Shown one piece after another: positions 32,301 through 42,060 of a stretch of DNA of 62,321 bases. Origin of the DNA: a virus (Duplodnaviria > Caudoviricetes); the IMG/VR virus record IMGVR_UViG_3300030202_001124, positions 1 to 62,321 of that record. One strand, written 5' to 3'. Every line of letters starts with the position of its first letter. Positions within the stretch are counted from its first letter, which is position 1. Under the pieces are notes generated by a model. That model did not search any database. It was not told the origin of the DNA and was given only the letters and a program-made list of their open reading frames with translations. The position numbers and the translations under genes are program-made.

Positions 32301-35092
32301 ATGTGCCAAAGAGTATATTCAAAGCTAAAGAAGCTAAAGGTGATCAATACAATGCGCTACTATTTAAGGCAGAAAAAACTGCAACAGAATTTAACAGGTT
32401 GTTTGAAAAATTAAAAAAATCTAAAAAGTTAGACCAAAAAGCTTTAGAAAAATTAAACGAGGATTTAGGTAAAGTGCTAAGAGGTGAGATGAACGCTAAA
32501 GATATTGTATTTAAAAATAAAAAAGGACAAGCAAAAGAAATTAGTGATAGGTTAGCTCAAGTTGTTACCAACATGAGACAAGATATAGATGCTATGTCCA
32601 AGCAGATATTAGAAAATTCTAATTTAGCAAAGGATGGTGCAAAAGAAACAATAGAAAGTCAGATAGGTAAATATGTAACTAGATCATACAGATTGTTTGA
32701 AGGGAGGGTAAAAGGTGAAAAATATAAAGAAACTTTAAGTGAAGAGGTTTTGGAGGAGGCTAGAGATTTTATAAAAAAAGATAAAGGGTTTATAAAAGAA
32801 GTTGAATCTGAAGCCGCTAAAACAAATGAAAAGTTTGAAGATGCATTAAAAAGACTGGTAGAAACACGAATAGATGATTTATTAGCGGACACATCTTTTG
32901 GTACAGATTATTTAAACAGGCCAACGGGTGGAAAAAATTTAAAAATATTAAAACAAAGAAAAGAAGTCCCTGAACCTATTAGAAAATTGTATGGAGAGAT
33001 TACTGATCCAGTAGCAAATTACTTGACAACAATGACAAAAGTTGGTTCAGTTTTAAGTAGCGCAAATTTCTTACAATCCGTTTATGAAAATGGAATTGGT
33101 AAATATATTTTTAGTGAAAATGATCCTAACAGACCTCCAGGTGTAAAGCCTATTGCAACTAAAGATAATGAAAACTATTCACCTTTGGATGGATTATATA
33201 CTTATCCTGATATTCAAAATTCTTTGTTTCCCAAAAAAACATCTATAATTCCAAGACCAGAGGGACAAGACACTAAATCTAAACTAGCTAGAGGAATTTA
33301 TGATTTTTACATGAAAGTTTTAGTAGCTTATCCAAGAGCAGCTAAAACAATATTATCTCCTTCAACTCAATTAATAAATGTTTTATCAAACGTAAACTTT
33401 GCAATTGCTAACGGACACCTTCCAATATCTATTGTAAATGGAGAGTTAAATTTTAGTAGTTATGTAAAAGCCGCTAAAGGTATAAAAGCTATATGGAATA
33501 ATAAAAGTAGTGAAGAACAAGCTAAGACGTTAGAAGAGTATTACAAGTTAGGTATAATTGATCAGAATGTAGATGTAAGAGAATTACAAGATTTGTTAAA
33601 TGAAGCTGATAACGAAAGAGATATGTTTGAAAGATTATCACAAGAGCCTAGTTATAGAAAAAATCTAGTTAGTTTTTTATGGAGTAAGACTGGTGGGAAG
33701 TTATATAAGAAAGCTGCAAAAAGTTATAGAATAGGAGATGATTTTTGGAAAATTATGGGTTATGAACAAGAGTCAAAAAACTTATCTAAAGTTTTGTTTA
33801 ATAAAGAAGTAAAAGATTTAAATAAAAATGAATTAAAAAAAGTTCAAGAAAAAGCGGCAGAAATGGTTAAAAACCAATATCCTAACTATTCTAGAATACC
33901 AGCTTTAGCTAGGTTTTTTAAAACTTTTCCATTAGCTGGTAACTTTATTTCTTTTCAAGCTGAATCTTATAGAACAGCTTACAATACTGTGGGTAACGCT
34001 TATAATATGATAGTAGAAGGTAATAAACTTATAAAAGATAAGTCCGATAAAGCAAAAGGAGAACGATTAAGAAAAGAAGGTATAAGAAAAATAGGCAATA
34101 TAATGTCGTATATAGGTTTTAGAGATGGAGCGTTTTATACAACTGCGACTGCGTTAGGAGGTAAAGTGTTAGGAGGGTTCTTACCTTTATTTGGTTTAGG
34201 GTTTAAGGGTGAGGAGCCTGAAGAAGAAGAGGCTCAAACTTTTGGACAGCTATCCGCTAAGGAGCTTGCAATTAGAAATTTTGTTTATACATGGCAAAAA
34301 AACCAAAAACTAATAATAACTCAAGCTGAAGATGGTAAGTTAAAATTTACAGATGCATCTACATTTGATCCGCATCAGTTACTAGAAGCTAATATTAGTG
34401 TTTTATTGCAGTCAAAAAATTGGAAAGATGCGCTTAAAGGATTAGCTGTTGAACAAGTAAGAACATTTGCTAGTCCTGATTTTGTTGTTCAAGCTTATGT
34501 AGATGCTGTTAAAAAACTAGAATCAAAAGGTAAAGCTGGTGAATTTACTGATGATTTTTTAGTTCCTTTTGTAAGAAGAGCCATACTACCTGGAGCAGTA
34601 TTGCAGCTTGAAGATGCATTTGGGAATGGCTTTTTGTCAGGAAGAGATCTTACAGAATCTAAAATAGGAAAGTTGTTAGGTAAAAGAGATTATGATATTG
34701 ATGTTTCAAGGCAATTGTATTTTAATTTACAACCTGAAAGAGAGTCTCAGATGTTGGCAGAAAAAGAATATTATAATGATGTTAGTAATTTTATAAGAAA
34801 AAACCAAATAACAGATGAAGGGGTTGATGAGTTAATTAAGTTGTATGAAAAAACAAATGAACAAAAAAAAGAAAGTTTTCTGTATGCATACGAACAAATT
34901 AGAGCGGCTTTATATTTAGGGGTAGATCCTAAAAAAATAGAAAATACACTTAGAGGAAGAAAAATTAATTTTAGTAAAAAAGAAATTAACGCTATAGTTC
35001 AAGCGGCATACATTCCTTTAAAAGAAATGCCCTCTAAATTTAGACCTGATGGAAAGAAAAAATCTCAAACAGAAAAGGATTTAGGATTATGA
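29363..35092 (+). CDS. Large internal virion/DNA ejection protein
   Basis: 1909 aa, coiled-coil with Gly-rich hydrophobic segments, last large gene of the structural arm. Confidence 0.6.
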   Translation: MEELQKLFDVLTRDGYYTKSFEEFKTQFGTTEYQDKVFDVVTRDGLFTQDKATFLNKYTVKKKDEFDLSVLEKDLVFGTAQKKASGLSDGLEVKNEEIPEKIPEEVTKEVSLQPDNVVVTEEEQKTTNNKKQFLISQNINIDALYKQARFGNPSTGQGGDFTGSEEEFVDGYYATYLVDKGNNKTQIDFDSKILKPKIEREASEDYETSVTEALLDKVQIDPDDYKAWEEETTRDEGKAFQWTKNLLTTDKTETFNKEQRDFEKIASYKASVLGKLNDDINLVNTKLELAKNPVDKLQLQNIKSQLESKYIEELQQLNNLANSFPTLKQYTTDRDVKRRKNIYDAAYSDDNVGEVTTEIGNVLKTIPVALGDFVMGSLAFITSGADQVLSGVGFNQKGLLAGLTERFLDGQESFEQFVDPVQRSGIIDGKAVTVSGKEYIVTNDGTVLDRKSHVRMNGIISDDLIKEVKERSKKVSNTETFFDGGGVISSGFTTLANLYGLIRGGKGLSKTLGVSPGVGMGLASYGSSMAGEVESMRADLMAAGLTEKEAMAKAIIAGNAIASLDGLFSGLAGGNQKVLSNLAGFKQQVINIVKKDGAKFSKDELKRKLKDLGIEMSRETLIEELPVLFSTKAVNAAVNYNIGREVRSAEVSQAEILETVILTLGATGTLGGRTLLSKNTRLDALRYVGMNVNDLQKTIDQLVKNGEITIQEGQNVYQEVYDMQAAELRTKGTITNSNNMLETSDLLQQRQQLISQREGLEGRLKEDVDKKIEDIDEQINEVVNRDKKETEDKLKIEKDAIQKQSPESVDDKKLTESSQKVDESLLDSESTTKSDPESKSKAKKKTQKEINSLKKKIEETKADSKINRPTKAARIKELNDKISELEAQAETETNIEEEVELTENEKLDRDTRLSEQEVKEAQRKEGYTSLDGDAEITVPILSKIFKGLKLNIDSKKNPNIAKAVNFINSYTKKAFQAAGNVPKSIFKAKEAKGDQYNALLFKAEKTATEFNRLFEKLKKSKKLDQKALEKLNEDLGKVLRGEMNAKDIVFKNKKGQAKEISDRLAQVVTNMRQDIDAMSKQILENSNLAKDGAKETIESQIGKYVTRSYRLFEGRVKGEKYKETLSEEVLEEARDFIKKDKGFIKEVESEAAKTNEKFEDALKRLVETRIDDLLADTSFGTDYLNRPTGGKNLKILKQRKEVPEPIRKLYGEITDPVANYLTTMTKVGSVLSSANFLQSVYENGIGKYIFSENDPNRPPGVKPIATKDNENYSPLDGLYTYPDIQNSLFPKKTSIIPRPEGQDTKSKLARGIYDFYMKVLVAYPRAAKTILSPSTQLINVLSNVNFAIANGHLPISIVNGELNFSSYVKAAKGIKAIWNNKSSEEQAKTLEEYYKLGIIDQNVDVRELQDLLNEADNERDMFERLSQEPSYRKNLVSFLWSKTGGKLYKKAAKSYRIGDDFWKIMGYEQESKNLSKVLFNKEVKDLNKNELKKVQEKAAEMVKNQYPNYSRIPALARFFKTFPLAGNFISFQAESYRTAYNTVGNAYNMIVEGNKLIKDKSDKAKGERLRKEGIRKIGNIMSYIGFRDGAFYTTATALGGKVLGGFLPLFGLGFKGEEPEEEEAQTFGQLSAKELAIRNFVYTWQKNQKLIITQAEDGKLKFTDASTFDPHQLLEANISVLLQSKNWKDALKGLAVEQVRTFASPDFVVQAYVDAVKKLESKGKAGEFTDDFLVPFVRRAILPGAVLQLEDAFGNGFLSGRDLTESKIGKLLGKRDYDIDVSRQLYFNLQPERESQMLAEKEYYNDVSNFIRKNQITDEGVDELIKLYEKTNEQKKESFLYAYEQIRAALYLGVDPKKIENTLRGRKINFSKKEINAIVQAAYIPLKEMPSKFRPDGKKKSQTEKDLGL

Positions 35093-35361
35093 GACATTTT
35101 GACGAACATACATGTATGCTTACAAGTTATTATGTTATAACCAACCAAGTGGGTTACGAGCAGTTACTAAATCGTGACTTGAAAGTTACTTTGATATTTG
35201 ATCCTACCCAAGAAGTTATAGAAGATTACCAGAATATATTTGATGAATTAATTGATTACTTTGAAGACTTAGAAGAGTATGAGAAATGCGCTCATCTTTT
35301 GCACTCTAAAAAATTAATGAGTAAACTAGAAAAAATGAGTCAGCCTCGCCACCTGGCCTAG
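35089..35361 (+). CDS. Hypothetical protein with UVR-like EEYEKCA motif
   Basis: YFEDLEEYEKCAHL motif; overlaps the stop of the previous gene. Confidence 0.55.
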   Translation: MRHFDEHTCMLTSYYVITNQVGYEQLLNRDLKVTLIFDPTQEVIEDYQNIFDELIDYFEDLEEYEKCAHLLHSKKLMSKLEKMSQPRHLA

Positions 35362-36426
35362 TTCTTTATGGTGTATAAACCCCTCACAAGCCTTAGGAAC
35401 GCCTGTGTAGCCTTTTCGTGAGTGCCAGCTGTCAGTGCCTGAAGGAGACCTCATGTACTCTACAGTGACTCCTATGAAGTCCTTAGCGTCTCTCCACTTA
35501 TATTTAACTTTATGGTGTAAATGATGTAAGTACCAATACCTAGTCTTTGTATTAGCCCACATTTTAGGTTTTTCTTGAGCCATAAGTAAAGGTAAGTTAT
35601 CCATCTTAGCCCCATCACCATGCTCAATTCCTATTAAAGACGAACCGTATTTATAATACTTTCTGTGGGCAACACTTACATCAAAAGTAACATCATCAGT
35701 CTTTCTAAACCACGCCCGCAAAGTGTGAGCTAAATGAAACCCTGATTGGTAGTCGTGATTACTCATACTATGAACTACATCTACAGGAGCTATTTGTCTA
35801 AGAATTTCTATACACTCTACATAAAGCGCCAATGCAAGCTCGTAATGTTCCCACCACTTACCATCAGTATCCTGGTGAGTACCTTTTGTTGTAGTGCTAT
35901 ACACATTATCTATATGTAACACATCATTACCTATACAGAACAAAATCTTTTCTACTTGAAAGCCTTGTGCCTTCTCTATCAAACCATACAACCCATCCAT
36001 AACCCGCTTTACTGCAATTTCTGAATTATAATCTTCTCCTGTCTCAACAGCTTTAGCGTATTTTCCAATATGAATATCAGCAGGATTAATTACAAGCAAG
36101 TGCGAATCAGATAGTTTTTTTCTTTTTACAGGTTTGTAGTCAGGAGAATAATTTTCTATAAATTTATTAACCTTTTCAAATATATCTTTTTCTTTAATTC
36201 CTAAATTTTCTTTAGTTACAATAGAAAAACGATATTCACCACTTGCGCTTTGCCAATGCTTTACACTAATAACATCATCTTTATCTATACCTCTTTCGTT
36301 TAAATGGTCGGTGAGAGCAGAGTTTTCGTTAAGGTTGTCTATCTTGTTAGCCCTCAACTCCCTTATCATATCTACTTCATCCATAGATAATCTAAGGCGT
36401 GGGCCTTCAGCTTTTTTAGACTTCAT
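35326..36426 (-). CDS. Calcineurin-like metallophosphoesterase
   Basis: DIHIG, GNDVLH, SNHD, EHGD and HHLHH metal-binding motifs. Confidence 0.8.
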   Translation of the reverse strand: MKSKKAEGPRLRLSMDEVDMIRELRANKIDNLNENSALTDHLNERGIDKDDVISVKHWQSASGEYRFSIVTKENLGIKEKDIFEKVNKFIENYSPDYKPVKRKKLSDSHLLVINPADIHIGKYAKAVETGEDYNSEIAVKRVMDGLYGLIEKAQGFQVEKILFCIGNDVLHIDNVYSTTTKGTHQDTDGKWWEHYELALALYVECIEILRQIAPVDVVHSMSNHDYQSGFHLAHTLRAWFRKTDDVTFDVSVAHRKYYKYGSSLIGIEHGDGAKMDNLPLLMAQEKPKMWANTKTRYWYLHHLHHKVKYKWRDAKDFIGVTVEYMRSPSGTDSWHSRKGYTGVPKACEGFIHHKELGQVARLTHFF

Positions 36427-36607
36427 CTGAAAGTGATTGGATAAGATCTGTCATAATTTTGCAGACATTCTGAGCCTTTACTTTAGCATCAGCATGATCC
36501 CTTTCCATTAAATCTTCGTAAAGTTCAGTTATAAGGTCATGGGAGTTATTAGTCACATAATTTATGTGATTTATAGCATTTACGTCATCAACTGAAATCT
36601 TAGTCAT
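36416..36607 (-). CDS. Hypothetical protein
   Basis: Preceded by a minus-strand TATCTTTG box; overlaps the next gene. Confidence 0.6.
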   Translation of the reverse strand: MTKISVDDVNAINHINYVTNNSHDLITELYEDLMERDHADAKVKAQNVCKIMTDLIQSLSDEV

Positions 36608-36624
36608 TAGTTATCCCATCTAAT

Positions 36625-36632
36625 CAAAGATA
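36625..36632 (-). promoter_or_regulatory. -7 promoter box TATCTTTG (minus strand)
   Basis: CAAAGATA on the + strand, upstream of the start at 36607. Confidence 0.55.
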
Positions 36633-36638
36633 GTAAAT

Positions 36639-36929
36639 TTAATTAATATGTTTATTATAGATATGTGAGGAGACTGATATATCTTGCTTTTTAAACAACT
36701 CTAAATCATAAATAAATATTTCTATGCGAGAGATTTCTTTACAAATTGCTAAAATTTCATTAGCATTTAAATTATGTTTTGCCCTTTTATAATATCCAGA
36801 TTTATAAGCACAAGAACAAATAATAAATTGAATTAATCTTTTTTTATAATCAGAAAAGTAGTCTATTTCTTTATCTATTGGGCTTCTATTGTCTTCTTCA
36901 GAACTATATTTTATTACTGTTTCTTTCAT
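36639..36929 (-). CDS. Hypothetical protein
   Basis: Abuts the VRR-NUC gene in the minus-strand operon. Confidence 0.55.
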   Translation of the reverse strand: MKETVIKYSSEEDNRSPIDKEIDYFSDYKKRLIQFIICSCAYKSGYYKRAKHNLNANEILAICKEISRIEIFIYDLELFKKQDISVSSHIYNKHIN

Positions 36930-37169
36930 TTATCCTTTATATACTTCAGTTTTTATACCATGGTCATTTAATTCTTTCATTCTATATTTCTGTAATGCCG
37001 ACACATGTCCTCTTTTAGTTTTAATTTCAGAAAACAAAGCATTACAATCTTTAGGAAATGCAACAAGATCAGGAATACCATTCTTATTTGTCTTAATTAA
37101 TTTTAAAACATAGTAGCCCTGGGCTTCTAACTCTTTTATTCTTTTGGATTGTACTTGTTGTTCTGTCAT
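36930..37169 (-). CDS. VRR-NUC / Holliday-junction resolvase-like nuclease
   Basis: E..VQ...GIPDL...FSEIK...SALQ.YR PD-(D/E)xK pattern next to a SNF2 helicase. Confidence 0.8.
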   Translation of the reverse strand: MTEQQVQSKRIKELEAQGYYVLKLIKTNKNGIPDLVAFPKDCNALFSEIKTKRGHVSALQKYRMKELNDHGIKTEVYKG

Positions 37170-38401
37170 TACAAACTTAATAAGTCCTTTTTAAAATGCT
37201 TTAATGTATAATCTTTTTTATTTAATACGCTTTTGTAAATTTGTTTTTCAATACCACCTTTGGAAAACACCCAATATATTTTATTATACTTTCTGTCTTT
37301 GGTTGTCATTCTATCTCGTGACTGCCAATAGCTAGTAGCACTAAAATCTATGTTATAATATACAAGAGCTTCAGCCTTTCTTAAACTAATACCTTCTCGT
37401 CCAGAAACAATTTGCAAAGCTATAGATTTATCTGTAGAGTTAAACTCTTCTAAATCAAAACAAATAGTATCCTGGAATACTTGTTTTATAGCGTTAAGCT
37501 CTTCTTTAAACTTATAAAATATACCTATTTTTTTATTTTGAAACCTGTTTTTTATAAATTCAGCCTTGTCAGTACATAACACCATAGACTTACCACTCTC
37601 AAACTTCACAGTTCCAGAAAACATTTGATGAGTTTTACTCATTAACTTTACAGCTGTATCGGCAAGTATTACCTCCTCCTTGCCTTGTACTACTAAACTT
37701 TTCTTTAACTCACTTATAATCCCTAATACTTTTTTACACATATCTACATACAATATCTCTTCATCAGTCTGCACCTCGAACCCAGCTTCTTTTTGCGTGT
37801 AAGATATAGTAAAAGGTTTCATTTCATCTATAATAGAATTATAGCCCCCACTATAATCATTAATAGTCATAGAACCTATTTTTTTCTGCGTCACATTAAC
37901 ATACTCATGAGCAAACTTATAGAAACTCTTGTGTCGTTTAAACGGGTTGTTGTTGATTGAATAAACCTGATGATACATTTGAGAATAAGATTCAGGTGTA
38001 GGTGTTCCTGACAATAAAATTATATATGGGTTGTCATTGATCTGTATTAAAGATTTAACATCTTTAGCTCTTTTGCTTGGCTTAGGAAAAGCTCCCATGC
38101 CGTGAGCTTCATCACATATTATTACATCATAAGGAGAATAAGCTATTTTATGAAGAGACTCGTAATTGATAATAGTAATGTCAAAATCAGGATTGAGTAA
38201 ATTGTAATCATCTTGTATACTAGATATGGCTTTTTTTTTTGTTATAAACAATACGCTAGAAACGGCAAGAGAATTACTTATACTCAAACTCGTAAGTGTC
38301 TTGCCAGTTCTAACTTCCATGGCAAGATATAAAAATTTATGCTTCTTTAATACATCAATTCCTGTTTTCGCAATATTTTTTTGATAATCTCTAAGTTGCA
38401 T
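37169..38401 (-). CDS. SNF2/SF2 helicase
   Basis: LRDYQ, EVRTGKT, DEAH, LSGTP, GISL and QSRDR motifs. Confidence 0.85.
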   Translation of the reverse strand: MQLRDYQKNIAKTGIDVLKKHKFLYLAMEVRTGKTLTSLSISNSLAVSSVLFITKKKAISSIQDDYNLLNPDFDITIINYESLHKIAYSPYDVIICDEAHGMGAFPKPSKRAKDVKSLIQINDNPYIILLSGTPTPESYSQMYHQVYSINNNPFKRHKSFYKFAHEYVNVTQKKIGSMTINDYSGGYNSIIDEMKPFTISYTQKEAGFEVQTDEEILYVDMCKKVLGIISELKKSLVVQGKEEVILADTAVKLMSKTHQMFSGTVKFESGKSMVLCTDKAEFIKNRFQNKKIGIFYKFKEELNAIKQVFQDTICFDLEEFNSTDKSIALQIVSGREGISLRKAEALVYYNIDFSATSYWQSRDRMTTKDRKYNKIYWVFSKGGIEKQIYKSVLNKKDYTLKHFKKDLLSL

Positions 38402-38403
38402 AA

Positions 38404-40812
38404 TTAAAATTCAATAATTCCGTCAGTTTCCAACTCTTGTTTATGTCTAAATCTGATCCATCTTTGAGTATCTCTACCTTCTTCAGGATCACAGTCATAC
38501 TTAAATTGATTATACGCAATAAGCCACTTGTTAAATTTAATTCTTGACACAGTCATTTTTGCTTTTGGGGCAAAGTCTGGATTGTCTTCTATAAAATCAA
38601 TGTACAAGTCTTGTTTATAAGACCTTTTATTTAATCGCAACGACTCATGTTCAGTCATTCCTTTTAACAATCCACACCATTCTATAAACTCATGGCATGT
38701 TTCAGCTGACAATCTTCTAATTTTAAGATTTACAAACTCGCTTTTTATAAGACCATGTTGTAAATACATTTGTAAGCATTCTATCATGTAATTATCAAAA
38801 GCACACCACTCGTCTTCATCCCATTCTCCAAACATTAATCTTCCAAACTCTCTTAATGGAGTATTGTCTCTAGTATAATGTTGGGCCAATTCTAACTCCC
38901 ATTTTCTTCTTTCAAACGAACTTCCTTTTCCTTTAATAGCATAATTAGTAGTAATACAAACTTTTGGAGATTTCTTAAATGGTATTTTAATTGCATCTTT
39001 ATTTTTCTTTTCTAATGTCAAGCCTTCTGTTACAACAGAAAATAATCTTTCAAAATTAAAATGCTTACTAACATCATCAAAACAAAGTATTTGAGTGTCG
39101 GCACTTACAAGTTGATAAGCAAAACTTTTTTCAAAATTAAAAGACTTACCATCAATAACTACTAATTTTTTCATATACCCTAATGCAGTCATAAACAAAC
39201 CCTTGCCTGTGCCACCCTCTGGATTATCAGAAATAACTTCATCATTTAATATGGTTGCAGGACAATAAGATAAATTTTTCCAGGCGTGCAATAAATAACC
39301 AATAGTTGACTTCATTGAGTTTATTCTTGTTTTTTCGCCATTACAAATATTCTCTATAAATGATTTGTAATCACAATCTGATGATTCGCAATCTATATAT
39401 GGCCTATCAATTACATGGTCTTTCCAAACATAGCCACCTAAATCTAAATAATCTATAGATTTAATTTCATTATATGTAATTTTTACAGCTGAATTATTGT
39501 AATATAAATAAGCACTACCTTTTGTGTCTTCAATAAAATACACATCAATAGATGAAAGCAAGGTCAAAAACTCTTCCCTAAAATACCGAGTACATTCAGC
39601 AAAATGATTATAAGCCTGGAGTTCGTCAAGCTCTATCAAATGATTTAATATAAAATCTTTAATTTCTTTTTCACTTGTGTGGTCAATTAAATTATTAGTT
39701 ACCCTTACAAACACATAGTTCTTACTTCCCTCTGGATTAAACTTATAAAATCCATGCTCTTCTAGAAAGTGTTTAAACATGATGTGTATAATTTTGACTA
39801 CACCTTTTTCTGATACAGACCAAAATTTTTGATTCGTTTGCTCTTCTTCAATTCGATGAATAACATTATCAATCGTTCCGACCTCAATACTTGAATCCTC
39901 TAATTGAGATCGGATTTCTTTTTTTGGCACTCCTCTTTTAAGTTTTGCTCTAACCAAATTTACTTTATCTTCATCTTCATAGTACTTTGTGCCAAAATTT
40001 TGTACGTTTTGATAAGCTGAATCAATCGTTCTTTTAATTTCTCTTTTGTTAAAATCTTTAGATGAAAAATTATTCATCACATATTCGGCTAAAGTTTTGT
40101 TAATTCCAAAATCATTAAATGCTGAGGCCAACACAAACACATTATGATTACGTTGTCCCTCTATCATTGGAAACTTTTTTTCCCACCACTTGACTAGTAT
40201 TTCTACAATTTTATTTTCATCTGTTATAGGTATTGTTGGAACATCAATATTTTTTGTAACCTCATTAAATTGTTCTTCCTCAATTTTATCCCAGGTGCTT
40301 GATAGTTCGTTTACATATATTAAAGGGTCATAAGACTCGTAACAAACTCTAGATACATTTTTACAAGTCTTATCAAAATAAGGAGAATTTAAATTGTTTT
40401 GTATACTTATAAAGTAATTGACATGATTTTTAGGATCAGCGGGTATTCTAACTAACGCTTTTAAACCTTTGCCACTTGGAGAAACAAACACACTAAATAT
40501 ATATTTGTTTTTTGTAAGTTTTTCCTTGTCAGACAACAACTCTTTGTTTGTTTTGTAACCATCAAAATCTAAACACAACAACCCGCTATGCTCTTGTAAA
40601 GATTTATCGTTTCTTTTGGTAAACTTTCCACTAAAACAAACTGCTGGTAATTTTTGTTTTAATAAATTCCTAGTGTCTTTATTTTTTTCTAATCTAATTT
40701 TTTTTACTAAGTCTTTGGAGGCTCCCTCTTGTATTCTTTTTAGAATTACATGGACATCTCTAAAAAAAGGCTGGGAGGTAACCTTGATGTCTTTAAATAT
40801 TGTTATTTGCAT
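38404..40812 (-). CDS. Primase-helicase (BT4734/VirE-N primase, PriCT, SF3-like ATPase); likely start MQITIF at 40812
   Basis: KLPAVCFSG, LCLDFD, SPSGKGLK, SRVCYESYD; EGQRN; EGGTGKG Walker A and LCFDD Walker B. Confidence 0.8.
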   Translation of the reverse strand: MQITIFKDIKVTSQPFFRDVHVILKRIQEGASKDLVKKIRLEKNKDTRNLLKQKLPAVCFSGKFTKRNDKSLQEHSGLLCLDFDGYKTNKELLSDKEKLTKNKYIFSVFVSPSGKGLKALVRIPADPKNHVNYFISIQNNLNSPYFDKTCKNVSRVCYESYDPLIYVNELSSTWDKIEEEQFNEVTKNIDVPTIPITDENKIVEILVKWWEKKFPMIEGQRNHNVFVLASAFNDFGINKTLAEYVMNNFSSKDFNKREIKRTIDSAYQNVQNFGTKYYEDEDKVNLVRAKLKRGVPKKEIRSQLEDSSIEVGTIDNVIHRIEEEQTNQKFWSVSEKGVVKIIHIMFKHFLEEHGFYKFNPEGSKNYVFVRVTNNLIDHTSEKEIKDFILNHLIELDELQAYNHFAECTRYFREEFLTLLSSIDVYFIEDTKGSAYLYYNNSAVKITYNEIKSIDYLDLGGYVWKDHVIDRPYIDCESSDCDYKSFIENICNGEKTRINSMKSTIGYLLHAWKNLSYCPATILNDEVISDNPEGGTGKGLFMTALGYMKKLVVIDGKSFNFEKSFAYQLVSADTQILCFDDVSKHFNFERLFSVVTEGLTLEKKNKDAIKIPFKKSPKVCITTNYAIKGKGSSFERRKWELELAQHYTRDNTPLREFGRLMFGEWDEDEWCAFDNYMIECLQMYLQHGLIKSEFVNLKIRRLSAETCHEFIEWCGLLKGMTEHESLRLNKRSYKQDLYIDFIEDNPDFAPKAKMTVSRIKFNKWLIAYNQFKYDCDPEEGRDTQRWIRFRHKQELETDGIIEF

Positions 40813-40830
40813 TTGTTTGTTAAATTTAAT

Positions 40831-40914
40831 TGGCATTAAAAGAGGACTCGAACCTCAATTACTCGTCAGTAAATCTCGCCTCCTCCTTGAGTGTGGCTTC
40901 TCCTGATTTAATGC
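40831..40914 (-). ncRNA. tRNA-like element (acceptor stem and T-arm; non-canonical D and anticodon arms)
   Basis: GCATTAAA/TTTAATGC 8-bp closing stem then CA; GAGG-TTCGAGT-CCTC T-arm; TTACT-GACG-AGTAA extra arm; intergenic. Confidence 0.5.
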
Positions 40915-40922
40915 TTGGTTAG

Positions 40923-41180
40923 TTAAAATATATCCTCAGACGATTTGCTTTTGGGCGCATCATTTGATTCAGGTTGTGTTGGTGGAACATAAGGAGCTTT
41001 GACATCGCCAGATTTATAACTATTACCAGCTTGTGAAATATTGTTCCACATACTTACTTCAAATTTTTCTCCTTTGTACATACCCCAACCAGTATGATCA
41101 GGTTGTTTACCCTCTTTTTTTGTGTTGGTAAATAAAATTATTTTACCCTCTTTGTACTTGCTTTCTTTGTTTTCTTCCAT
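40923..41180 (-). CDS. Putative single-stranded DNA-binding protein (DUF736-like)
   Basis: LF.N..KEGKQPD.TG...VSMW pattern with an acidic tail ending EDIF. Confidence 0.6.
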   Translation of the reverse strand: MEENKESKYKEGKIILFTNTKKEGKQPDHTGWGMYKGEKFEVSMWNNISQAGNSYKSGDVKAPYVPPTQPESNDAPKSKSSEDIF

Positions 41181-41371
41181 TATTTAATTATTTTAATTTC
41201 ACGCTCCAATCTATTAATAGTATCATAGAGAATTGATTCTTTCTCTAATCTAGAGGCGCAGGTGTTTGGAACATCCACCCACATAATACCTTTTCTTGTT
41301 GTGTTTACACCACTACAAAATTTAAAGAATTTCTTTATGAATGTAGTTATGTATGTTATGAGTCTTTTCAT
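41180..41371 (-). CDS. Hypothetical protein
   Basis: Fills the gap between exonuclease and SSB genes with overlapping ends. Confidence 0.45.
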   Translation of the reverse strand: MKRLITYITTFIKKFFKFCSGVNTTRKGIMWVDVPNTCASRLEKESILYDTINRLEREIKIIK

Positions 41372-42059
41372 TGCTAAAAAATTTATTATATACTTCAGTT
41401 GCTTTTTCTACTTTATTTTTACCACCCTCTATAAAATTAGGGGAGCAGTCGTAGATACCTAACTGAAACGATTGTTTATCTATTACATAAAACCTTAATG
41501 GTTTATTAAAAAACCTTTGATATAAGTAAGCCTGTGAATCGTAATTATAATTCATACAGCTCCAGTAAAATTTAGTTATATCATTGGTTGACTTGATGTC
41601 AATTACAAATTCATCTGTAACAATATCAGCTTTACCTTTCCAGGTGTTTCCCATTATTTGTGCAATTTGAGGCACTTCATACTGGTTGCCCTCTTTATAA
41701 ATTTCATCAAACATTTCAAGATTAGATTGCATTTTGTCAATCAAAGCGTCAAGATGAATCTTTTCTTTTTGTAATAATAATATCTCATCTTCGCCACACG
41801 CTTCTTTATATGCTTTTGTGGATCTAGAGGCTACATCTATTATTTGGAAATCTTTAAGTTTTTTTGGTTCCAAAATTGCAGTATGGAAATAATTACCCTC
41901 TACCATAGCTTTTGTTTTGGGTTGTGAAACCTTAAATTTTTCAGGAAACTTAAGCAAGTTTAGTATATCGGAGTTTGACAAAAATTGTTGTCCATATTCC
42001 CCATAATATTTGTTATCATCAGTCAAATTACTAATAATTTGTTTTGTAGAATCAGCCAT
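41322..42059 (-). CDS. PD-(D/E)xK exonuclease VIII/RecE-like (DUF3799 type)
   Basis: LSNSDI, G..FHTAILEP, KGKADIV...DIKST, Y.YD.QAYLY motifs. Confidence 0.8.
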   Translation of the reverse strand: MADSTKQIISNLTDDNKYYGEYGQQFLSNSDILNLLKFPEKFKVSQPKTKAMVEGNYFHTAILEPKKLKDFQIIDVASRSTKAYKEACGEDEILLLQKEKIHLDALIDKMQSNLEMFDEIYKEGNQYEVPQIAQIMGNTWKGKADIVTDEFVIDIKSTNDITKFYWSCMNYNYDSQAYLYQRFFNKPLRFYVIDKQSFQLGIYDCSPNFIEGGKNKVEKATEVYNKFFSNEKTHNIHNYIHKEIL

Positions 42060-42060
42060 A

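Noticed and set aside
34688-34702. DYDID in the 1909-aa protein resembling the DFDID catalytic motif of crAss-like virion RNA polymerases
   Set aside because: It lies near the C-terminus in a helical context, without the preceding Gly or recognisable double-psi barrel motifs. Likely chance; structure prediction would settle it.
35326-36426. Metallophosphoesterase as a novel system
   Set aside because: Common phage family with no unusual partners nearby; listed as a feature only.
40831-40914. tRNA-Sec, tRNA-His or tRNA-Leu call for the tRNA-like element
   Set aside because: No paired anticodon stem or D arm, and no consistent anticodon/discriminator combination; kept only as tRNA-like.
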